From positions 312,207,644 through 312,271,643 of the forward strand of contig NC_058133.1 of assembly GCF_016433145.1 (NCBI RefSeq): DNA of 64,000 bases. The letters run 5' to 3'. Below are positions 24,861-37,569 of the stretch, piece by piece (position 1 is the first letter of the stretch; each line of letters opens with the position of its first letter). Both the position numbers and the translations under genes were made by a program. The notes below the pieces were generated by a model. The model had not been told where the DNA came from. It was given only the letters and a program-made list of their open reading frames with translations, and did not search any database. This DNA comes from Gracilinanus agilis. Its lineage: Eukaryota.

Positions 24861-25219
24861 AGATGACTCTAATATTCTGGGATAACTAAAAGAGGAAAAA
24901 TTTTTTCCACAGGAGAAAAAAATCAATTGAAGGTCATCTACAAAAATAAGCTTAATTTGGCTTCCCCCCACTTTTTTATTAGAAGAATATAAAATGCTCA
25001 GGTGTCCTGCTTTCAAAAATTTAGAAGAGAGAATATTTAAAAATGTAATAAAGACAACAAATACTAGAAGAACCATTTTTATGGTATTTCTATTGTCAGC
25101 TTGGCGGGAGGACATGGAAAAAGAAGGTAAGGGAAGTAGAAAAAGGAAGAGTAAGGAAAATGTTATAAGGGAAGAAAAACATGCAAAGGTGAAGAGAGAA
25201 GAGAGTAAGGAACTACATA

Positions 25220-25410
25220 AAGATGAAATAGACATTTCTCTTTGGATCATATCTTAAAACACCTTTCATGTTCTTTTGGATAGGATGAGGAAATTTAGGC
25301 TAGATGATAGATGAATAAGAGAATGACATCAACTCTAGTGGTATGCCAGAGTGGTCTGTTCAAAATCTTGTTATATCAATGTGTCAATGACTCTAGGAAA
25401 TTGGAAGGAG
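25220..25410 (+). mobile_element. CR1/L3 reverse-transcriptase fragment
   Basis: ggctagatgatag and ctctagtggtatgccagagtggtctgt resemble CR1 RT motifs GLD and SGVPQGSV. Confidence 0.5.
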
Positions 25411-25449
25411 TCAGATTTTGGTTCATAAGTCATTAAGAACAACTCAATT

Positions 25450-25640
25450 ATTGTTGTTCAATCCTTTTCATCTCTTTGTAACCCATTTGGGGGCTTCTTG
25501 GCAAAGATACTACAGTGATTTGCCTTTTCCTTCTCCAGCTCATTTTATAGATAAGGAGACCAAGGTATACATAGTTAAATGACTTGCCCAGGTTCACACA
25601 GGTAATGTGTCTGAAGCCAGATTTGAACTCAGAAAAATGT
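25450..25640 (-). mobile_element. Mar1 SINE, antisense
   Basis: ttgttgttcaatcc..cccatttgggggcttcttggcaaagatactacagtgatttgccttttccttctccagctcattttatag. Confidence 0.85.
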
Positions 25641-27659
25641 AGAAGTAAATGTAGAATTAGTGTGGTGATCCTGTCTCTATCTACACTCTCTATGGTTCAA
25701 ATCACTGAGGAGTTTGGGATCCTGTCTATTTTGTCTCTGATTTTTTTTAACTGCCTATGATTCTATTAGCAAAAAGAATTTTTTCTATTTCAAAAACTCC
25801 ATTCTATAGAGCCCTAGCTCATTAGTTCAGTATAGTTTTTAAATTGTCCAGGACACTGAGAGGCTAAGTTCCTTGTGCCATCCTACAACTAACATGGATA
25901 AGAGGCAAGAATTGAACTTGGGACATCCTGACTCCAATTCCAGTCTCTCTATTTGCTGCATCAACCTACCTCTAATATCACCATATTATATGATGCTCTC
26001 TAACAAGTCCAAAATACATAGCTCAGATCTGACACTGCCTTTCCCCTAGACTATGTGCCTCCAGCTTATCTATGTTCCTCCTCTTGGAATTACCATGTAT
26101 GTTCCCACTAATAATATTCCTATCAAGACTGCTCTTATTGGAAATATATTCATTAAACCTGTTCCTCTTGACATTCCCAGACATCTGCATCTAAGAGAAC
26201 TCTGAAGTACAAGAATGCTCCCGATAAGTCAATATCTCCCAGTGATGAAGTAGATATTTATCAGGTCTAAAGTAAAATTTACTATCACTAATTGCCCCAT
26301 GCTTTTTCCCTATAACTTTTGTTTTTATGAACTGTGACCAGGATCTGATGTCCTAGAAAAAGGGACAACTGGTACTGACCTTTTGCCAAGGACTTACCAT
26401 GTTGCCAAAGTATTTAATCTTTTTTGGTTCTACATTTAAATATTTTTTAAAAGATTTTAATAAATTTTGTGTAAACAAAATAATTTTTGGAATTGAGATT
26501 GCCTTTAGAAGGCAAGTTTCTTTTCTTGGGAAAAAAAGAAGTACCTATTATAATATGTGGCACTCAGGGGTGTTTGGTAAATACTTGTTGAAAAAGGAAA
26601 TAATTTAATTGAACTATGACTCAAGTGACAACAGACTGAGCTGAACAAGCAGTCTTATTTGACTTACTTTGGTTTTTGTTACACTGATGGATACCACATG
26701 TCTGTCTTGAGTGTTTTATTTTTCTGGGTGGTTAGTAATTACTGCCATTATTGTCTGATATGGCAGCACTCAGATAATGGTTATTCTGCTTATAATCAAA
26801 TGAGAAAAAAAAGTTATTTTTGGCTTTGCTTATGGAAAAAAGAAGGCATTTTGTGAAATTGTGGTTTAGAGGCCACTTAGCAAAAGGATTGATGGTTTCT
26901 TGGAATCATAATTTAAATTTTTTCAAAAAAGAAATAGATGAAAGGAGTATTACTGTAGGAATGAGGCAGTTTGTGACCCTAATGGGAACCCATGTACCCT
27001 TTAAGTAGTAGCAATGGAATGATAAGTCGTCCCATAAAAGGGTATGAAGCTATATTAAGAAAAAACATGGAATGAATAGTACTTTTATTGCTCAGATGTC
27101 TAAATTCTAATGATAACAATACCTTACACTTATGTGTCACTTTATCCTTTTCAAAGCACTTTCACAGACATGACAGGAAAATTTCAGCTCACAAATTAAA
27201 CTATTGGGATACTGACATATTTAGGAAAACCCACGCATGCCCATTATATGAAAATAGGAGCCGTTGTGCTGAGTAAGGAAAATTCAAGGTTATTAATATT
27301 TTTGGTATTTGTCTGAAAAATTTTCAAGCACTGTAGGAGACCAAAATATTGAATCTGAGAGTACATGGTCATGTTTCTGGTATGCCTTCTAACACAGATT
27401 ACATTTTCAGCTGTGTTGTAGAGTGAATTTCTGTACAAATTGGATTAGTTCTTTACTGTGGATCCCGTCCATCATGAAGATTATTAGAGATGTTCTATTT
27501 AAAATGTAATTAGAACATTTTGTAGTTTGAAGGTTCTTGATTGGTGAATTTGAGTTCAACTTGAGTTATATTTACAACTTTTTGAACAGGTGGGCATTTT
27601 CACCAATGGGCACAAATATGTGGTTATGAATTTCCCTTTTTGTCTTTTGACATCTTTCC

Positions 27660-27661
<2 letters not shown>

Positions 27662-27706
<45 letters not shown>
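27662..27706 (+). repeat. (TG)n microsatellite
   Basis: About 22 uninterrupted TG units. Confidence 0.98.
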
Positions 27707-27708
<2 letters not shown>

Positions 27709-28029
27709 CTCCACTATCCTTAAGGAGCCACATTACACTTCTTTAATCACATTAGTGAGGCCTATGAAGTGGAAAGAAAAAATAGTCTTCACAGCACATT
27801 TTCCAAAATTTAAAATTGGCAAAGATTTTTATGGAAAAATGAGTGAGGAAATCAAATTGAGATAAATTTAATGAGTTTGCATTTTCCTTTGCAAAGGTAG
27901 TGTTTCTTGGTGTAGATGAAATATATATATGTAACATTATATATATAATTTATATGTGTTTAGCACTTCATATACCCTGAATATGCTAAGTACTCATTAA
28001 ATGAATGTTAATAACAATGACATGAGTAC

Positions 28030-28157
28030 TTTTTTTTAACCTTTACTTTCTGTCTTGGAATCAATTCTGAATATTGGTTCCAAGACAGAAAAGAGGTAAG
28101 GGCTAGGCATTGGGGGTTAAGTGACTTGCCCAGAGTCACACAGCTAGGAGATATGAG
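28030..28157 (-). mobile_element. SINE1_Mdo-like SINE, antisense, 5'-truncated
   Basis: ttttttttaacctttactttctgtcttggaatc..gaggtaagggctaggcattgggggttaagtgacttgcccagagtcacacagc. Confidence 0.85.
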
Positions 28158-28619
28158 TATATTAAATACTGAAACAAGTCTACAAGGCAATTAGTCAAAA
28201 TGTTGATTGTGTTTTTTCAAAAATTTTTTATAATTATTGTCTTAATTGGAAAAATTCCAACAATATTACCCTCTATTGGTTTTTCTGTAGCACAGAAACA
28301 TTTTATTTTATTTTGCCATTAACATTTAGATTCAAGCTTTCCTTTCAAGGGGAAAAGAGCCACATATAGGCCTCTGTTCTTTCTTGTTATTGTGTGGCAT
28401 AGAAATGGAATTTTCTGAATGAAGTCTTTAGGGTTTATCTTTGAATACCTGTTTATCAACTTACACACTGTTCTGTAGACTTCCAGATGTTTAGTTACCT
28501 TGGGATCTCCAAATTAATTTTTGCATGTATACTTTGGAACATAAATAATTGGAAAAGGTTCTGATTTGTGTAAGAGTTGTGTGCATATTTGTAGCAGAAT
28601 AGGGAACTGATACGTATAG

Positions 28620-28810
28620 ACACTTGGGAGATAGTATGGTACAATGGAAAGCATACCAGCTCTGAAACCAGAGCCCTTGTGTTTGAATCCTATATTCTGA
28701 TACCTTGTAATGTTGGCAAGTCCTTTAATTTCCCTAATTCTTAGTTTCCTCATTTATGAAATAGAAAGGTTGGTTTGGATTGGATATCATTCAAAGCCCC
28801 TTCCACCTCT
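28620..28810 (+). mobile_element. MIR SINE
   Basis: tatggtacaatggaaagcataccagctctgaa..gtttgaatcc..gcaagtcctttaatttccct..gtttcctcatttatgaaa. Confidence 0.65.
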
Positions 28811-29462
28811 AATCTGTAAGTTAGAGTCTCATCTCTCCTATAAAATTACAAACTCCTTGAGGGAAAGGATTGGGGCTTAATCATCATTGTATCCTTCAGA
28901 GCACAGCGCCTTGCACATAGTAGATATAGTAAATATTGAATGAATGGATGGTAGAAGTAATACTCCCTAATTATGCAATTATTAATAAAGAAGATGGAAT
29001 TTTGGGTCCTTTGGAAGATTTAGATATATTTATATTATATTATATTATATTATTTATATGCATAAATTTATATTTATATATATATATATATAAATAAACT
29101 ACATAAACTATAGATCTGAGGCTTATGGTAAGGAACTTCTTGCTTTTGCTATGTGAACAGAATAGGCATTCAAACACAGCCTCAGTGTTCCTGGGAGTGT
29201 ATTGATGGACTCTAGTCACTCCTTCTATCACATCTGTGCCCACTACACCTCTCAGGAACACAAGCATAAAAATCATAACCTGTGGCTGCACAGAGATAAC
29301 CAGTTGCTGATTCAACAGCCCTCAGAGAGTTCCTTGGGTAAGGATCTATTCCAACGCTCCAATTAATTAATTGTGAAAAATTCAAAGTTTTATATTGGCA
29401 ATCCCAAATAGACATGTATAATCCTAAAATCCCAAGGATTCTTAAGAACAGGGGCTGTTACT

Positions 29463-29467
<5 letters not shown>

Positions 29468-29509
<42 letters not shown>
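29468..29509 (+). repeat. (CA)n microsatellite
   Basis: About 21 CA units. Confidence 0.98.
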
Positions 29510-29511
<2 letters not shown>

Positions 29512-29906
29512 CTATGTACACTTGCATTTTATTCTAACTTCCACTGAAAAGTATAGTCATTCAAAAATGTAAACCTAATCACAGGAAGAGAAAAGATGAT
29601 AGATGACAAGAAAAAAGGATGTAATTACAATTTCAACATCTGTAAACTTCCATTATTTATGAATTATTAACCCCAACCTAAAAGATATATTCACTTATAA
29701 TGAAGATATATATGTGTATCTTCATAATTAATATGTATATATGTGTATGTATGTATATATTTATATATGTGTATCTTTAGTATATTAGTATAATAAAATT
29801 ATAATTATATATATAATTAAGATGTGTATATTTATAGAGAAATAAAGGTGTAGCTCATGTGATAATGAAGGTGTATATTATACATTTATTATTTATATAT
29901 AATAAA

Positions 29907-30164
29907 GGTGTAGCTAGGTGGCAAAGTGGATAGAGTACTGGATCTGGAGTCAGGAAGACTTACCTTCCTGAGTTCAAATCTGACCTCAGACATTTGCTGG
30001 CTGTGGGATCCTAGACAAGTTGCTTAACCCTATTTGCCTCGATTTCCTCATCTATAAAATGAGCTGGGGAAGTAAGTGGCAAATCACTTCAATATTTTTA
30101 CCAAGCAATCCCCAGAAGGAGTCACAAAGAGTTAAACAGAACTGAAAAGACTGAATAACAACAA
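29907..30164 (+). mobile_element. Mar1 SINE
   Basis: gtagctaggtggcaaagtggatagagtactggatctggagtcaggaagac..gagttcaaatctgacctcag..ggagtcacaaagag..gactgaataacaacaaa. Confidence 0.9.
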
Positions 30165-30189
30165 ACCTATAATGAAGAGATTTATATGC

Positions 30190-30650
30190 ATAAATTTATA
30201 TTTACTTACTACATTATCCCTAATATCATGATTCTTTTCTCTTCTTTCATGTATTTCATGCTGTTTTCATTGTCTTTACATGACTGTAGTCAACATATAC
30301 ACATTATTATTACTTTAGTTAAATTTCTTCACACAGTATCACTTCATTCATGTCTTCACAGATATCTTTAAATTCCTTATTTGTTTTCTTTTATGGAATA
30401 ATTATTTTATATTCACATATCAGAATTTGTTCAGGCATTCTCCAATTGTTGAACATCTAGTTTAATTCAAGATTTTTGCTTTTGCAGAAGTTCCATGACC
30501 AATTGTTTTGTGCACATGGATCTTTTTTTATCCTGCCAATAATCTCCTTGGGATATATGCTACTAGGAAAATTGTCCATACAAGAGATAATGTGTATTTT
30601 TGTAACTCTTATTGTAAAATTCCACATGGTTTTTTTTTAAAAAAAGATAG
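30190..30650 (-). mobile_element. Old L1 3' fragment, antisense
   Basis: cagaatttgttcaggcattctccaattgttgaacatc..ccttgggatatatgctactagg resemble antisense L1 ORF2 C-terminus/3' end. Confidence 0.55.
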
Positions 30651-31919
30651 AAATGATTTGTGGTTCCAACTTTTGTTTTAATGGCATACTTCTTTTACCA
30701 AAGCCACAAAATAATTGAATTTTATCTATTCCATCTTTTTGTTGTTGTTGAAGATACTAACCAATGGTAATTGATTTTCTGTTCTATTTTTTAAAAACCA
30801 GCCACAACAAAACACACATACTTCACTACATATGCCAAGAATATGCCACTAGTCATTCCAGCCCTAGTTATTATTCAGGCAGTGGATATTTGAGTATTTT
30901 TTTCCTCACTGCAGTGTCTCAGTAAGTTCATTTTTCTTTTTACCACATTGCCTATGATAGTTAGATTCATTGGGTTAGGGAAAAAATGAACTACATTAAC
31001 AAAAAATATAGTGGTGCCTCTTTTCTCAGTTGCAAACAAAATTCAGTCAGCAAAATCATCAAGCCAAGAGTAGAAATTAGTATTATGCTTCTTTCATGTC
31101 TTTGTTGGATAATTCCCATATAAAGCGACAAAGAAACATACATTTTAATAGAGAAATTTTTATTTCTATCTTATAAAAATTATTTTATTTGTATCCCATA
31201 GAAATTATTTAATTTATAGAGAAAAAATTTTTTTCTGATCTGGTGTTTTAAGTGGGTGTTTAGGAAAAGGCAACAGGAGAAAGAACACTAAACTGCAATT
31301 ACTTACCGCAAATCACCCGTTGCTAGACATACAGCTTACTAATTGTGAACCATTGAGCTTTAGTAAAGAAAAAGGAACTGAAAATAAAAGCACAGATCCT
31401 CTTACTACTTTTGTAAACACTAATGCATGTGAAGAGCAATACCTCTATTATATGACAGTATAGGTTACATGTGCACATACATTCCCTTGGGGAATGACAG
31501 CTTCCAAAATTGGACAAGAAGATATGGGCTCTCCCTCTCTGATGATTCTTGGTGAAAGATTACCAACCACGATCTCCTTAGTTCTTTAACTAGAGATTGC
31601 ACAAACCCACAAAATTGCTTTTAAAGGACAAATCTGTTTACATACTGAATGAGACATAAGATAAATTGAATTAAGAGTTACACTTATCTGTGCTAGCATG
31701 CGGAAAATATTTTCCATAATTTTCCTCAAAACGCTGAGATTTTCTTTGGGCAGGGGCACAGATGGCAGGGTGAGAGAGTGTAGAAGTTAACTAAAGGAAA
31801 TCGATCAGTAACTGGGAGTGTTTGCCAATACTACAAGTGACAAGATGAATCAATGAAGAAAACATTTGTTGAGCAATTTTTTTCATTAGCATTCCAGGAA
31901 GGAAACAAAAATCAATTAA

Positions 31920-32170
31920 TTCATCAATCAAGGAATAAATATTTATTAAGCACCTACTGTGTGCCAGGTACTGTGCTATGCATTTTATAGTTTTTGTTTT
32001 ATTTGATCCTCCCTACATCCCTGGTAGGTAGATGTGGTTATTATCTCCATTTTATTATCTCAGTTTAGGAAACTGAGGCAAACAGAAGTTATATGACTTG
32101 TCCAAGATCAGACAGTAAATGTCTGAGTCTAAATTTGCTCCCTGACTCCAGTCTAAGTGCTCTACCCAAA
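31920..32170 (-). mobile_element. L2 3' end plus MIR, antisense
   Basis: atttattaagcacctactgtgtgccaggtactgtgcta then gaaactgaggcaaacagaagttatatgacttgtccaag. Confidence 0.75.
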
Positions 32171-33344
32171 GCTCTATATTCTAATTGTTTTGGGCTTGTT
32201 CTTTTCATTTACATTGTTTATATATACAACGAGCTCTACTTATTAATTTTTAGATTGAGTAAAACTTCCCATGTGTCTTTCTAATTGTCATTTCTTCACA
32301 TTATAATAATATTCCATTAAAATCATGTTACTATAATTAGCTGAGTCATTCCCCAAACCTTATCATTTTTTCTTATTGTTGCTATTTATTCTTCTTGTCC
32401 TCTTTTAATTGGCATTCAAATAGAAACAGTCCTGGGAAAAGTCCCTAACTTCCTAATATTCTTTTATCAGTTTAAATTTTCTTTGATTATCTAGAATAAA
32501 ATCTGCTGTGGGTTAGGAAAAGAGAAAGCTGATATTGCTCTTATTTTACACAAAATAAGAGCACATAGAAACTGAGTGAGGACAAATGTGCTATCTTTTG
32601 AATAAATTTCACAGGCTTTTTAAAAATTTTGTACTATGATTCAGTTTGGTTTTGTTTTTGTTTTGCCTATAGACTTTTTGTTATTTATTGCCAGGTTTTC
32701 AACTATATCCTGGAGAGCTGAATTTAGCACTTAAGTATTCTTTGAATAGCTATTTTGATGGAGTACTTTAAATTTAAAACAAGTAAAATAGATTTCTAGA
32801 CATAAATTTTTGGAACTGTATAGTTCTAATTATAAATGCATCATATTTACTAAAGAACATAAAATGGTAGGGAGAAGAGAGTAAAGCAACTCAATATTTT
32901 CGAGACTGTAAAACCCTGTATTTGAACAAAATTTTCTGACATAATAGGTTCCGTTTTTTTAGTTTAGCATTTTTACCTTGAGTAAAATAAGCAAAAATAT
33001 ACAGATCCTGAAAAAACTATCACCTGCAAAATTATTCCCTTTTTAAAAAATTAGACAAAGCTAGAGTAAATTATTAATGACTTTAGCTACTGAAAAGGTC
33101 ATTTTAAAATCCATTTTTGAGAATTTTGTATCTCATTCACCTTGTTTCAGAATCCACAAGCCTGGGAAATGCATTTATTGATATTCAATCTGCAGTTAAT
33201 TTTGAGGCTTATAATAGCTTTGCATAATAAAAAGGTCCCTCTGGTGTCCTCTGAGTAAAACAGAAAATTATACAACCTGACTTTGATTACTCATTTAATT
33301 TGTGGGGATTTTTAAAAATCACTAGTTGCAAGAAAATGAGTGCT

Positions 33345-33600
33345 GTGATAGAGAATTAGTGAATGTCAGGTCCTGATGCCATGAGTTCAGGTCCCATATG
33401 AATCAGCTAGCATCACACAGGAAAGAACAGTTGAATAGTCATCTACTATACCCTTACCTCTAGACAGCCATCACAAAAATATGTGATTGTTTTGGTTTTT
33501 TTCCCCACAGGAAGAACTAGCATAGGGCATGATACAGCAACACAAAAACCACTTCAAGACTAAGAGGCTGTACTAATGAGGGATCAGAATCAGCATCTTT
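33345..33600 (+). mobile_element. MamSINE1-like ancient tRNA-derived SINE
   Basis: B-box gagttcaggtccc followed by co-linear by-eye similarity to recalled MamSINE1 blocks (cagctagcatcac; tacccttacctctagacagccatcacaaa; cacaggaagaact; gagggatcag..gcatcttt). Confidence 0.55.
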
Positions 33601-35030
33601 ATAATAAACAGTACGGCATTTTATTATTAGATTCACACAGGAGGAGAATTCAATTCTTATTTTAAAATAAGTGGCTTAGAGACTATACCATGAAAATTAG
33701 TCCTAAAGGGGAAAAATTTAGTATTGATGCGTACAAAATTTTATGTCGTCACACTTCACATAACACAAAGTAGGCTTCACTTATAAATATTTTCCAGTGT
33801 TCTCTTTGGTGGAAAACCTCTTATGAAAAATTTATCATATAATCGCATACATTAAGGCAAGAAGATGAAGAATTTGTAGTAACATGCCCCCTTTCATTTT
33901 CTGGTTTTAGACTTTGACTCAATGTCTTGATCATGCCCTTCTGTATCCAAATTTTCAAGGGTAAAAATTAAACTTAGATAATATGATCCCTAGAAAGGTA
34001 TAGTTTCCCAAAAAATAAAGTACAGTGATCTGTTACATTCCTGTCGAAATCTAGTCTTAAATATTCATTAATACCATGAATTTCACCCTAATTTTAATTC
34101 CATCATGTTAGAAATGCATTAATGTTAGTAAGAAAAAGGCAGTAATGTTAACTACTAATGTTTTCCACTTAGATGGTTGTTCTTAATTAAGAGACCTCTG
34201 TACCCCCCTCAGATTTAAGTTAGAAGTGGTAGAAATTGTGGACCATTTCATATCCCTAATCTCATGTTGACGTAGAATGTTTTTGCTGACCAAATATTAT
34301 ATTGCCCTTGTTTATATCAGTCTCCAAATAGTTAAGTTAAATCTATAAAAAGTGTAACCTAAGGATGTCTATAAATTTCCTTGTTCTGGAACAGTGGACA
34401 CTCTTGTTTATTTCATCTGGAACAGCGCACAGATGCACTCTGCCCTTTGCACGTTTCCTTTATGATACTTTTCATGCTTAGATAGACCTGTGGGCTGTAT
34501 TTTTAAATTATAGAATACTGGGTCCAGAATGATGTCTGCCAATTGGTAATTCTTGTTATGGAACATTCTTTGAAAAGTATTCAAAGCTTTGGATTTGTCA
34601 TCAGTACATAATTGCAAACAAGGTGCATTTCTCTCGTTTTGGATTCTTTTAAACTGATATTAAAATGTTACTATCTCTAACTTTTTTTAAACAAAGAACT
34701 TATATTTTCCATAGTCAATAAACATTATGGCCATATCTAAAATATAGGTCTTATTCTTTCTACAATTCACTTCAGTATTTCCATCTAATTTAATAATGTA
34801 ACAAAGAGCATATAAAGTATTACAAAATAATTTGAAGAGGAAGTTCTATTAATTAGGGTAATCAGAAAAGTCCTCCCGAATGAGATGCCCTGGAATTATG
34901 CTTTGAAGAGAGGTAGGCTCTCTGTTAAGTTAGGGGGAGGGAAAGGGCCTTTCAGATATAGATGACCACTTGTACAAAGGCATGTAGCTAAGACATGTAC
35001 ATGAACAGTAATAGAGTACAGGTTGCTTTA

Positions 35031-35620
35031 TTTTTTATTTATTTTATTTTTAGAAAAATTGTTCAGGGTTACATGATTCATGTTTTTACTTTCTCCTTCA
35101 CCCCCTCAAACTCCCCACTCCATAGCTAACATGCATTTCCACTGGTTTTAACATGTGCCATCAAGCAAGACTTATTTACATATTATTGATAGTTGCACTG
35201 GTGTGGTCCTTTCCAGTCTACATCCCCAATCATGTCCTCATCAACCCAAGTGTTCAAGCAGTTGTTTTTCTTCCATGTTTTCCTCTCTTTTAGTTCTTCC
35301 TCTAAATGGAGATAGCATTCTTTTCCATAAATCCCTCAGAATTGTCCTGGGTCATTGCATTGCTGCTAGTACAGAAGTCCATTATGATTGATTTTACCAT
35401 AGTGTATCAGTCTCTGCGTACAACGTTCTTCTGGCTCTGTTCCTTTCACTCTGCAACAGTTCCTGGAGGTCTTTCCAGTTCACATGGAATTCCTCCAGTT
35501 TATTATTCCTTTGAGCACAATAGTATTCCATCACCAGCATATACCACAATTTGTTCAGCCATTCCCCAATTGAAGGGCATACCCTCATTTTCCAGTTTTT
35601 TGCCACCACAAAGAGCGCAG
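35031..35620 (-). mobile_element. L1 3' segment (ORF2 C-terminus, 3'UTR, polyA) of a twin-primed insertion
   Basis: T-rich tail at 35031; minus-strand peptide ALFVVAKNWKMRVCPSIGEWLNKLWYMLVMEYY. Confidence 0.95.
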
Positions 35621-37547
35621 GAATAGGAGATAGAATCAAAATATCTGGGAATACACAGTTGATAATTATAACTCTGAATGTGAATGGGATGAACTCATCT
35701 ATAAAACGGAAGCAAATAGCAGAGTGGATTAGAAACCAAAATCCTACCATATGTTGTCTACAAGAAACATACACAAGACAGACATACATAGAGTGAAAAT
35801 GAGAGGATGGAGCAAAATCTATTGGGCTTCAAATGAGAAAAAAGAAGGCAGGGGTTGCCATCATTATCTCTGACAGAGCCAAAGTAAAAATAGATAAGGT
35901 TAAAAGAGATAGGAAAGGTAACTACATTCTAATAAAAGGCAGTATAAACAATGAAGAAATATCAGTACTCAATATGTATGCACCAAATGGTATAGCTTCC
36001 AAATTTCTAAAGGAGAAGCTAGTGGAGCTCAAGGATAAAATAGATAGCAAACCATACTAGTGGGGGACCTCAACCTTCCCCTATCAGATCTAGATAAATC
36101 AAACCAAAAATAAATAAGGAAGAGATAAGAGAGGTGAATGAAACCCTAGAAAAATTAGAGTTAATAGATATATGGAGAAAAAGAAATAGGGACAAAAAGG
36201 ATTACACCTTCTTTTCAGCAGCACATAGAACATTCACAAAAATAGACCATGTAATAGGGCATATAAACATGGCAGACAAATGCAAAAAAGCAGAAATAAT
36301 AAATGTAACCTTCTCAGATTATAATGCAATAAAAATAGTTATTAGTAAGAATACATGGAGAGGCAAACCAAAAATTAATTGGAAATTAAATAATATGATT
36401 CTCCAAAATAATTTAGTGAAAAAACAAATCATAGAAACAATTAATAATTTCATTGAAGACAATGACAATAATGAGACTTCTTACCCAAACCTATAGGATG
36501 CAGCCAAAGCAGTTCTAGGGGGAAAATTTATATCCCTGAGTGCATATATTAATAATATGTAGGGAGGGGACAGGTTAATGATTTGGGCATGCAACTTAAA
36601 AAACTAGAAAATTAACAAATTAAAAATCCTCAGATGAAAACTAAATTAGAAATACTAAAAATCAAAGGAGAAATTAATAAAATCAAAAGTAAAAGAACTA
36701 TTGAATTAATAAATAAGACTAGAAGCTGGTATTTTTAAAAAACAGATAAAATAGACAAAGTACTGATCAATCTAATAAAAAAAGGAAAGAAGAAAACCAA
36801 ATTAACCATATCAAAGATGAAAAGGGAGACCTCAGCTCTAATGAAGAGGAAATTAAGGCAATCATTAAAAACTATTTTGCCCAATTATATGGCAATAAAT
36901 ATAGCAATCTAGGTGATATGGATGAATATTTACAAAAATATAAATTGTTTAGATTAACAGCAGAAGAAATAGAATACTTAAATAATCCAATATCAGAAAA
37001 AGAAATTGAACAAGCCATCAAAGAACTCCCTAAGAAAAAATCACCAGGGCCTGATGGATTCACAAGTGAATTCTATCAAACATTCAAAGAAAAACTAATC
37101 CCAATACTATACAAATTATTTTATATAATAAGCAAAGAAGGAGTCCTACCAAATTCCTTTTATGACACAAATATGGTACTGATTCCAAAGCCAGGTAGAT
37201 TAAAAACAAAGAAAATTACAGACCAATCTCCTTAATGAACATAGATGCAAAAATCTTAAATAGAATACTAGCAAAAAGACTTCAGCAAGTGATCAAGAGG
37301 GTTATCCATCATGATCAGCTTGGATTTATACCAGGAATGCAAGGATGGTTCAACATTAGGAAAACGATCCACATAATTAACCATATCAACAAGCTAACAA
37401 ACAAAAATCACATGATTATCTCAATAGATTCTGAAAAAGCTTTTGAGAAAATACAACACCCATCCCTACTGAAAACTCCAGAAAGTATAGGAATAGAAGG
37501 ACCTTTCCTAAAATAATAAACAGTATATATCTTAAACCATCAACATG
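35621..37547 (+). mobile_element. Inverted L1 segment (ORF2 endonuclease to early RT), disrupted
   Basis: Peptides [72 protein letters not shown]; frameshifts and stops; TSD CAGGTTGCTTTA at 35019-35030 and 37548-37559. Confidence 0.96.
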
Positions 37548-37569
37548 CAGGTTGCTTTAAATAGAATAG

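Noticed and set aside
24846-25257. 134-aa and 87-aa ORFs
   Set aside because: Low-complexity purine-rich sequence overlapping CR1 remnants; not a recognisable protein.
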